A stretch of 64,000 nucleotides of DNA from Camelus dromedarius (Eukaryota). Positions 12,175 through 22,130 of this stretch are shown here, in pieces (positions within the stretch are counted from its first letter, which is position 1; every line of letters starts with the position of its first letter). The stretch covers positions 27,528,001 to 27,592,000 of the forward strand of contig NC_087461.1 of the NCBI RefSeq assembly GCF_036321535.1. The letters are read 5' to 3'. A program made the translations under genes and the position numbers. A model generated the notes under the pieces. It did no database searches and was not told where the DNA came from. It saw nothing but the letters and a program-made list of their open reading frames with translations.

Positions 12175-12846
12175 ATGCATCTTTGTGCTAAGCTGTTAAG
12201 CTGTACACCTGAGAATTTTGCATCTTATTATATATGCCTCGTAATTTAAAAATCTATCTACAATTTAACTTAAGTACATAATGTTGTAGAAAAGTCTATT
12301 TTCCTTATTGGATTAATCCTGTTTTTACTAATTCCTCACATCTCAGTTTATTTCGAGGTTCCTCTCCCGCAGCCTTACCAGGCGTTCAGCAATATTCTCC
12401 AGTTAAGGAAGATCAGATTGGAGACTCACTGTCAAAGCATCCTAGAAGTTCTCTGGGTGACTTTCTGAACAGCCATCCTCTCACTTTTGCTCAGACATGT
12501 ACGTTCTGTACAGCACATGTCACCTCTACCTGGGTTGTCCGAGTCCCTACTTGGCTGTCCACAAAAGATCATCTTGTCCTTTTCCAGGAGCTCAGCCTTC
12601 GTCTACACTTTAAGTTAACCATGAGGAATTATTCTTTCTTGCTTTAATACCCAAAATCTATTCTTAAATTCTCTAAAAAATCGTGAGCTTTGTATTTTAA
12701 GCTCCTTCTGCCATTCATTAACTAGGGCTAAAAAGCCAGCTTGTCAGAAATGGGAACATCTCTGATTGTTTCTCTCCTATCAGCTTTTCCCACTGTCCCA
12801 TCCTTTCAGACACCTAGACTGGCTCTCCTCGTCCCAAATCCAGAAT

Positions 12847-12907
12847 GTAGTGTGTGTGTCTGTGTGTGTGCGTGTGCGCATGTGTGTGTGCATGCGTGCA
12901 CATGTGT
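12847..12907. repeat. Imperfect (TG)n/(TGCG) microsatellite
   Basis: 'gtgtgtgtgtctgtgtgtgtgcgtgtgcgcatgtgtgtgtgcatgcgtgcacatgtgtg'. Confidence 0.85.
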
Positions 12908-13316
12908 GCTCTCCTGTAGCAGAGATTCTGGCGTCCTTGAGTTTCTTTTGGCTATTTTACTACTAGAAATGGTCAGTTTCTGCTCTTATGGGAGGACCCC
13001 TCCCATTCAAAATACAATTTTTCTACTTATGTTAGTTTTTTGTTTGGTTTGTGTTAGATGAAACACTACTTCTGTTTCACACATCCGTGTATGTAAATTT
13101 GCATGTGTATTATTGCTTCAAAGACTTCATCCATCCTAGAGAACAAAGGCGGGTTCAACAAATGTTCATTTATTTGTTTGTTTTAATTCTCAGTCTGCAC
13201 AACTACATTCAACAAAGACTTAAAATGATGAGTCTCCCTAGTATAGAAATAAAGTCTATGCCATTTTCATAAAATTTGGACTTTAGCTTTTTAAGTCCTC
13301 TTCAAATTTTGTGCAG

Positions 13317-13423
13317 GGATGAACATGCAATCCGAAATTAGTTACATTCTAGAGCAGAAGAAGGAGGGAAAGTGTGAGGAGAGTGTTCTGGAGATGCTGT
13401 ATTTTCAACCCCTTCCCAGGACA
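13317..13423 (+). CDS. Candidate exon, unidentified (MNMQSEISYILEQKKEGKCEESVLEMLYFQPLPRT)
   Basis: Acceptor 'aagtcctcttcaaattttgtgcag|GG', ATG at 13319, open frame to a weak donor ACA|gtaaat. No homology recognised. Confidence 0.2.
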
Positions 13424-13794
13424 GTAAATATCGTTCAAGAAATTGCTTATAAAATCTGTTCTTATAATTCAGCACCTTCCTTTGGCTTTAATATTTCTAT
13501 TTGAGAAATGCTATGCATGCAGACTTTGGGTCAAAGAAGTAACGGCTGACTTGTTCTTATGTAGACATGAAAACCAACACAACAAGGTTCCCCACAGGCC
13601 AAGAACTCCAGCTCCTGGGGGGCGGGGGGGGTTCTGGAAACAATGTAGGACCTGGGGAGAGCGGCCAGCGCCAACTCACTCACTGGAGCACCCCTTTGCT
13701 TTGGCTCCTCTCCCTTCCCGTCCTTAACCTTGCTGAGGGCTCTTTTTCAAGAGTACGTCTCAGTACAGACCAGAATCCTGCTTTTTTTTGTTCG

Positions 13795-13900
13795 GTTTTT
13801 TTTTTTTTGGAGGGGGGAGGTGATTAGGTTTTTTTAATGGAGGTGCTGGGAGTGAGTGAACCCAGGACCTCGTGCATGCCAAGCACGTGCTCTACCATCT
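13795..13900 (-). mobile_element. tRNA-Ala-derived SINE (vic-1-like)
   Basis: T-tail plus 'ggaggggggaggtgattagg...aatggaggtgctggga...gaacccaggacctcgtgcatgccaagcacgtgctctacca' is the reverse complement of the SINE head. Confidence 0.9.
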
Positions 13901-15299
13901 TAATCAACCAACTCTTCAGCACAAAAAGAAAACATAACGAGGCACAAACAGTTTACAGCCCTCAGTTAAATCGCAGGCACTTTTCCCCAAAGTGATCTGA
14001 GCTGCTTTGTTACTCAGAGAGAGTTCCCCGAGCTCAGCTTTGCCTTGTCTTGTGTATCTGGATTAAGACCTGCTCCTGTTCCCAGGGTTTGGACTGTGGG
14101 ACCCGCATCTTTGCAACAGGCATCAGGCACACTGGGGTGTAATGAGATATGCCCTGGGGTCCTCCTTCTGACCTTTCCTCATTCAGAACCACAAAGATGG
14201 CTCACATGCGCCGGGCCAGTGCGAGACGCTCTGGGCCAGACTGGAAGTGAGCAGGAAAACCCCATCCCAGCAACCCCGTGTTGTGTAGTCGAGGCCTGGG
14301 TGTGGGACCACGGCCTCTCCCAGGTCAGCTCCTGGGGAAACACGAAGTGGAGGCCTGTGCCCAGCACCCTCTTGTTGGCCTGCAGTTACGACCTGCACCC
14401 CCAGCCCACTCCTCCTTGCCTGCCCCCTTCATCTCTGCCCTGAATTAAATGTGCTCCCATGTTGCAGAACGTTCTCTACCTCCCTCCACCTGACTCCATC
14501 GATACCCAGTTAGCTCTGTCCCTTCGCTTATGATGAGGTCCATGACTAAGATTACGTGAGTTACTATAGTTCACGGGGCTGGAAAAGAGAGACCCTGGGA
14601 TTAACATTCAGGCCTGTTCCTCTCAGTCCAGCAGGGTTCTTCTCGACCATCTCAGTGTGATGAAATTCTGAACAGCCCTTCCTCATCCTAGCCCAGACGT
14701 GAACATGTAACCAGCCTCCTCCCATCTTTGCCATAGGCACCGTGTGGGCCCATCATGTACTCTGGCCAAAAGCAAACTGGGCACTTGGTCTACAGACGCT
14801 TGGCACAGTGCTCACCGGGAAAGGCACATCCCGTCCAGCTAGAGAGGCGCTGCCAAAGGCGTGTCTCACTGCATCTCCCATGGTGGCTGCTTTTGCCAAA
14901 GCCTTCGCCACCACCAAGAGCACCAGAACTCGGAACTGAGAAATCAGCCCAATGCTCAGAAAAGCTGTGGAACTAGATCGACCCAGAAGGACGAGGAGAC
15001 TTGTGGGGAAAAAGCTGCTCCTGAACCGTAATTCCAGACGTGGTCCCCCTCTGCTCGTGTGTCCCCTGTGCCCTGGGGACAGCGGGTCGTCCCCACCAGA
15101 CGGCAGGCGGCTTTGCTGCGTGAGCTCGAGAGGCTGGGATGCTCCGAGGCTCACGCCCTCTCGGTTCTGTTTGGGGGCGAGTCCCCACGTGGGCCGTGGG
15201 GTCCCGCTGGTCCACTGCTTATCAGGAATAAATTACAGTTTAGAACTTGGATGTTTCATGGTTTTTCTTTGTGTCAGCATAAATAAACTTAGATAATAG

Positions 15300-15428
15300 G
15301 GCGATTTCTTGTTGCCTAGTAGCCTGGCTGTCTTTGAAGGATTTCTGCAAGATGACAGAACCGAACCGTTTGACCTGAGAGCGTTCATCATGGCGAGGCT
15401 TTGGGAAGCAGACGTCCAACACGGCAAG
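15300..15428 (+). CDS. Candidate symmetric (phase 0-0) exon, unidentified (GDFLLPSSLAVFEGFLQDDRTEPFDLRAFIMARLWEADVQHGK)
   Basis: 129 nt = 43 codons, open between 'ataatag|' and AAG|gtacca. Protein-like composition, but the acceptor is weak and A-rich. No homology recognised. Confidence 0.25.
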
Positions 15429-17179
15429 GTACCAGCTTGACCTAACTCGCACTTTGAGCGCCTGTCTTTTGTGTTCCATCCACCAAACAATGTTATTATC
15501 GAAGATGCTGCTGGCGCTGGGGGCTGAGGAGCTGAGCCGTTCCTGAGGACTTAGGGCTCAGAGATGCCCGCTCACCCTCGGGGGCTGCCCAGTGCCAGGC
15601 GCGTCTCCAGGTGCAGCTCCCTTGCTGGGAGCCCAAGTGATGCCTTCACAAGCTTTGAGGAAAAGCTCAAACTTCTATAACCCCTGAGAGGGAAAGCGGA
15701 ATGCCATTTCCAGGTCCCCATCCGGAGTGATTTCTTGGCTTCAATTCCCCCATTTGATTTGCAGAAACAGCTTTTTGGTGTTAGTTAGCATTCAAGGGAG
15801 TTTCAAGTTTTACAACTGCAGAAGGGTCATTATTTTTATCAGTGTGCTGGAGGTTATTTTGAGTCTGACTACGGAGGGCCTGATTCAATAAAACCTCAGC
15901 CTGAGTCTCCCAGCAGGATGCGCACACCATGGGTTTCCACAGCAGAGCACACGTGGGCCTCTCTGATACTGAACCAGCGCTGAATTTCCATTTAATCATC
16001 CTCAAGAAATCAAAAGACACTTTGGGATTAAATGGCAAACCTTTTAACTAGGAATTCCTCAGCCAAAATGGCCAATTAGCATTTAAACTGCAGAACTGCG
16101 TTATGTAAGAAGGAATGAGTGACTGAAGAAATAAAATCTCTTCCTTCTTGTTAAAAAGGTAAACGAGGAGCATGCAGTTATTGTGACACGAGCATTCTCT
16201 TCTAGGACAGAGGAGGTACCACAGGGCTTTTGGTGCAAAGGAAAATTTAAAAGACCTGAATTATTTACTTATTCTCATGCTTTTAGCTTTAATTGGCAAA
16301 ATTAGCCCAAGTGAATGATCTTTGAAGCCACCCTCTGATTACACATCTTTACATCATATTTAGCAAGTGGCTCAACAACTCCATTTTTATGTCTTAAAAT
16401 TGAGTTTAAAAATAAGTTCTTTTATGTGCCGGGAAACAAAAATAATACATTATATTTAGAAATGGCCTAGATTCAATTTTATGTATTCATACAATTTTTG
16501 GCCCATTGAAATATCCTTCCCAGTCCTCCAGTGGGCACCTCAGGGGCTGGGACGCCGAACAGAGTAGGACTTGGCTTAGGGGGAAAAACACACATTTCTG
16601 GCATCATCATGCATAAAGAAAAACTTAAAGCCTTCCAGAAATGTAGGTGAAAGTATCTCTTAGGCAACTGTTTCTAATCTTTCCTTGTATAGGACCGTTT
16701 AGTTTTCTGTCTCTGCTCTCAGCAAGCTCGTTGAGAGTATAAATTTCAAATGTTGGTTCTAGACCAATATTAATGTTTGACCATCATGTTCTTATTGTTG
16801 TGTGTTTGCATACCTACTTTTAAAAAATTAAAATGGTAAAGCAAGCTGACAGTGCGTGTCCTTTGCAGTGTTCTTCCCACAGCCGGGCCCGCCCTGGCAC
16901 CCTAGCTTCACCGGGTTCCACGGCGTGTCGCGCTTGGCGCGGACCAGCAGCTGCGGATGGAAGGGCTCTGACCAGTCCTTCCTCTGGTCGCTGTGCTATC
17001 AAAAGGGGTGATAGACTAGGAAATTGTAGGTCCATTTTGCTTTTCACACAGAGGGAGAGGATGGGGCCAGTGACGCTGAAACGTCCGCAGTGAGCGAGGC
17101 AGCCCACAGGCCTCCACCAGGCGCTGCTGGGCACTCACACAGGGGCCGTCTGATTTTCTAAGCCTGAAATCTAAATTTT

Positions 17180-17180
<1 letters not shown>

Positions 17181-17244
<64 letters not shown>
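17181..17244. repeat. Perfect tetranucleotide STR (AGAT)16
   Basis: 16 uninterrupted AGAT units counted. Confidence 0.98.
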
Positions 17245-17245
<1 letters not shown>

Positions 17246-18143
17246 CCAACAACTTTTACAGAGTTTTAATATGCACTGAATTTTCTAACAACGCAGAAGT
17301 TACACAAATGAAGATTATCCTGAGTGCAGACTTGTTTGGTTTAGGACTCCATCAGGACTTGTCCAACTCTTTGGAAAACTGGGGCGCTGATGACATCATA
17401 GCGGCAGAGTGTGAGTGTCCGGCACAGCACACCCGCACCATTAGATGTAGCTAAATTCAGGCCAGTTACATGGCGATTCCAGGCACCGGTGTGAAGGGGG
17501 CTGTTCTACGTCTCCTAGTGCAGTTCTGCCGGAGCATCAAGTTCATATTTCTGTTATAAATTATTTCTCTTTATTTATACTTTATTTTACATTAGGATAC
17601 TGTAATTTGGAATTATGTAATTTATTTATAATTTACATTATGAATTTATATTACATAAATAACATATTATCTATTGATTTTATCTCAAGAGAGTGAAGGG
17701 GTGTTCCAAACTCTTAGTTATAAAAAGGAGGTATTAAATCTGATAGGACTGAGGAGGGTGAAATGTGCAGCACATCTTGGGGGGGGGGGTTTACATCGTA
17801 AATACAGACACACGGAGGCACTCACACCTGCACACACATACACACATGCCCGCGCTTTTCGAAGTGTGATTTCAGTCCTTTAGTGAGCCTTGACATCAGC
17901 ATGTAGGTTGAGACCAGAATTTTTCATGAAACAGACTAGAACAGGATGGAATGGAATAGAATTGGGGGTGGGGTGAAGTAGCCTGGTGTGATATGGTTTA
18001 GCACATCGTAGCATGGAGGGCTAGCTTTGTCTCTGTTGAATATACCTACGTGTATAAAGACATGTTTTAAAATATATTTTTTGTTCTGGGTCCAAAAGTT
18101 GAAAGATACTGTGCCACACTCCTGCATTTGTACAGAGGGGAAG

Positions 18144-18673
18144 TGTTAGGTAGTCAGATAAGTGTGGGCACCGGGCACACAGGAGGAGGAGATGCAGGAG
18201 GAGCTGGAAGACAGTGGTGCGCCCACCTGCAGCATAAAGGGGCTTGACATCCTCTAAATGAGCGCCAGCAAGAAACCAGTTAGAACCTGACAGTGATGAC
18301 CGTGCAGTAGCGACAAGAACCTAACCAGACAGGACTCAGAGCTCACTGTAATATAGCCAGCATTGCACTTAGCCTTACCAGGGGTTTTTCTATGTGCATC
18401 ACGGGCAAGGACATGAGCAGAAGGGGATGAGCATGACACAAGAGCCGTCAATCAATCAAGAGACCACTGCTAAGTGAGGGTGTAAGAGAAGGGACAGAGA
18501 GCACAGCTCTCGTGCTCGGATCAGCCCGCCTCCTGTTCTCAGAGGTGCGCTTTCCCTTTGCTAATAAATCCTGTAAAATCTTTCACTACCCAGCACTCCG
18601 TCTCCCGTCTGAATTCTTACCTTTCAGGTAGGACAAGAACTGGGGTCTTTTCCTGTCCCCTTTTGGGGCAACA
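18144..18673 (+). mobile_element. Solo ERV LTR, family B (ERV1-like), 530 bp
   Basis: TGT...ACA termini, perfect 4-bp TSD GAAG (18140-18143 / 18674-18677), AATAAA at 18563-18568. Reverse-complement homolog at 30734-31267. Confidence 0.92.
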
Positions 18674-20134
18674 GAAGCAGTATTTCAAGTGCCAGCACTC
18701 ATCTCCGCCTGAATGTGACAGCTGGTCTGATGGTGCCCGATGGGAGAGGCAGGGCCTGACCCGGGGAGCCCTACAGGTGTTGTGTCCTCCACGGGTTGCC
18801 GAGTGGGGCGGCAGCGCTGGCATGGAGTAAGGACCTCATCCTCTTTCCTCTCTCGGCCACCGCTCAACCCGTTAGCCTCCTCTATAGCAAGTGGGATGCT
18901 TGCTCTTTGCCGTGAGTCATTATTTGGTCTCACAAAGGGGGGTAAAATGATTCTCCCACGTGCTCGCCTCCCTCCGCTTTGTTCTCTCTCCCCTTCGCCG
19001 CAGTTCAGCCCAGGGCCTGCGTCCTCAAGATGCCGCTCCATCCTGGCTTCCCGGACGTCCCCCTCAGGGGTCCGTGCAGTGATTCCTCCTTTTCTGCTTC
19101 TTTGACTCTTACCTCATCTGCGTCTCGTCAATCTGGGGCACTGCAGACGGCCACCAAGTAGTTCTTTGTACACCGGTTGTTCAGACTACAGTAGTGATGG
19201 GTTTGAATGTCTGCATGCCTTCTAGGGCTTATTTATATTTTTAAGGGAAGTGAAATAATGAAAAGCGTGAGATGTTCACTCACGGTCAGATACCTGGCCG
19301 CGTGACTGTTCACCCTTCTCACACGGAGCCCACGGGAACACTGCCCAAACACGGAAACTGGTCTTCGTTAAAGCTCCAGACTCTTTTTTAAGCATGAGAA
19401 AAATTAAACCATTCAGATATTTTGAAAAAAATTTATTTAAAAAATGTCTGTTACTGAAGACAAGTTTAGCAACAGATTCAAGAAATTCTGATTCTGTTGA
19501 CAGCACCGTCCTGGGCAACAGTAACTTGAAAACTTACAGTCATCATCATTCAGCCCTACTTTTTTTTTGCTGTTTAGGTCCAACAGCAAAGAAACTTCTG
19601 TGATTCGCACCCAGAGTTGTTTGGGTTTTGCTTTGACCCCTCCTTTCCATTCACATTGCAACTGAATTCATGTTATCTGGATGGAACTTTTCAGTAGCCT
19701 CACAACTTCCTGTCTTTCTCTGATCCATGCACATTGTCAACAATATTATCTTTCAAAACAGTAATTCTGGCATTTCACTCACTTGTGCAGAAGCATTTGT
19801 GTCCCTCAGTCGCCGCAGAGTAAAACGCAGTCTTCTTCCCTGGCATTCAAGTTGCTCAACAATTTGGCTGCATTTTCCTTTCACTCTTTAGCTAAAAGGG
19901 TTTAATTGCTTCTCACTAACTCACTTCTGCCGCTGCGTATTTGCGCACTAGGACGCGTCCGTTTCAGTGAGGTAGCCTTCCCCACCATCTCTGAGATCCA
20001 TAGTTCCGTATAATTTTCAAGGGCTAGCAAAACCACCACGTCTCTGACACCCACAGTCTTTCTCTTTCTCCTCATAACTATCTTGACACTTTGTTTTTGT
20101 TTGATTCTTGACCATTTTTACCTCTTTAATGTAT

Positions 20135-20334
20135 ATTTTTAGTTGAGGAATGTTTTACACACAGTAAAATGCACAGTTCTTAAGAATGTAGTTCAGTCTG
20201 TTCAAATGCATGCAATCCACACCCTTAACCAGGTGTGGAATATGTCCACTAGCCCAGAAACTTCCCTGTGCTCCTGTGCAGCCAATTCTGATGTCTCTGA
20301 CTATAGCTAATTTTGCCTTTTTTAGACATTTGAA
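20135..20334 (-). mobile_element. Old L1 3'-end fragment (L1MD/ME-like)
   Basis: 'ttttagttgaggaatgttttacacacagtaaaatgcacagttcttaag', 'ccagaaacttccctgtgctcc', 'ctatagctaattttgcctttttagac'. Confidence 0.65.
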
Positions 20335-21041
20335 GCATCATGAAAACCTCATGCAGTCCAGATCTGTCCTGCCCTGCACATGGACCGCTTCTCTGTCCAC
20401 GCCGTCCATGTTTCCTGCCACTTGGCCCACCACTTAGCAGTCCTCTTGGCCGTCAGATTGACTGATGCAGTCCTGTGGAGGCCTTGTGTTCAAGCGAACT
20501 TTATTTTATTTAATATGAGCCCCAAAGCGCAAGAGAGGAGTGATGCTGGCAATTTGGATGTGCCAAAGAGGAGCTGTAAACCGCTTCCTCAAGTGAAAAG
20601 GTGAAAGTTCCCAACTTAAGAAGAAAGAAAAAAAATCATATGCTGAGGTTGCTAAGATCTGCGCTAAGGATAAATCTCCTACCCGTGAAATTGTGGAGGT
20701 GGAAAAAGAAATCTGCTAGTTTCGCTAGCTCAGACTGCAAAAGTTATCACCGCAGGGCACAGTCAGTGCTCAGCTAAGACACAAGAGGCATTAAACTTGT
20801 CTAAGAAGATGTGCTGAGAGACAGCACGTTCACATAACCTCTACTACAGTTTGTTGTCATAGCTGCTCTGTTTGGTTCTTAGTTATTGTTAATCTCACAC
20901 TACGCCTAATTTATAAATTAAACTTTGTCATAGGTATGTACGTATAGGAAAAGACACGGCCTACCAGAATTCTGTCTGCTGTTTCAGACCCCACTGTGGG
21001 GGTCTCAGAACATGTTCCCCACAGACAAGGAGGGGCTACTG
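20335..21041 (+). mobile_element. Tigger3/Golem (TcMar) deletion derivative (Tigger3b-like)
   Basis: Decayed transposase N-terminus 'MSPKAQERSDAGNLDVPKRSCKPLPQVKR' (cf. MAPKRKSSDAGNSDMPKRSRKVLPLSEK). Right terminus '...acagacaaggaggggctactg' followed by TA. Confidence 0.8.
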
Positions 21042-21099
21042 TATTCAATTTTTTTAAATGAATTTTAAAAAGAGAATGTCTCTCCTGTTCACCCACACA

Positions 21100-22130
21100 C
21101 TTCCCAATTCCACTGCTTCCATTTCCAAATGTAGCTCAGCTTTCCATCTGGGATTCGCCTTCTGCAGCTTGAAGAACCTCATGTGACATTGCTTTTAGAG
21201 CCAGGTCTTTGGTGACGAATTTCTCTATCTTTTGCTTATTTTAAAACGTCTTTATTTCAACTTTATGTTTGAAGAATGTTCACTGGTTGTAGAATTCTCG
21301 CTTGACATGTTTCTCTTTCACTTTTTAAGACTTTATTCCAGCGTCTTCTGGCTTGCGTGTTGCTGATGATAAACACATCCTTTTACTTGTTTTTTCCCTC
21401 TGTGATATATTTATTTTTCCCACTGCTTTTTCATATTTTTTATCATTAGTTTTCAGCAGTTTGACTGTAATATTTCTATAAGTGACTTATCTGTGTGTGT
21501 GTTTAACCTGTTGTTGAGTGTCTGGGTCTGTGAGTCAATATAATTTAAAGCACGTTTTCTGCTCCAGCTTCTCTCCTGTCTCCTCCTGGGACTCTGCCTC
21601 CACACTTCTGAGAATAACTGCCATCGTCCACGTGGCGACAAGACCGTGTTCATCTAATTTTCCAACACTTTTGTTCCACGTGCTTCACTTTGGGTATTCC
21701 CTACTGCCGCGGCTTCAGGTTTCCTGAGACTGTTTTCTGCGGGAGCCAGTTTACTAGAGAACACATCAAGTGATGACTTAATTTCAGACGTTTTGCTTTT
21801 GAACCGCAGACTTTCCATTAGGTACTTCCACAGTCCCTGCTCACCTCTTTCCTCATGGCGCCTTTTCTCTGTCTTTGTCCGCTGATCTCAACAGCTCTCT
21901 CATCTCTGGGTCTGTGTTAGTGACGTTCTGGAGTAAAATTTCCGTGATTGAGGGACACGCTTTGTTTCTCCTTTCTATGTCTAGTAATTAAAAGTAAAAT
22001 TTTGGTGGATATTGTGGGTGCTACTTTTGTAAATGCCAGTTTTTTTCTTACATGAGTATTGGTTTTGTTCTTGCGGACAGTTAACTTACTAACAATTCTG
22101 CTTCATTTTAAAATGATTTTTAAAGCTCTG
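21100..22130 (-). mobile_element. Old L1, ORF1/inter-ORF region, degenerate
   Basis: 'cttctgcagcttgaagaacctc', 'tttgaagaatgttcactggttgtagaattct', 'ttattccagcgtcttctggcttgcgtgttgctgatga', 'ctcctgggactctgcctccacac'. Confidence 0.7.

Larger units (their letters stand above)
10400..12270 (+). mobile_element. Old L1 (endonuclease fragment ~10.4-11.0 kb joined to an L1ME-like 3' end ~11.0-12.27 kb), interrupted by a SINE and a solo LTR
   Basis: 'gtagctggggactttaatacacttccc' (GDFNT of the L1 endonuclease), 'caaatgctcctaataatataacctcac', 'cagagagttttactcctaggacacagccaacagaaa'. The L1 3' end resumes after the LTR with 'aagctgtacacctgagaattttgcatc'. Confidence 0.8.
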
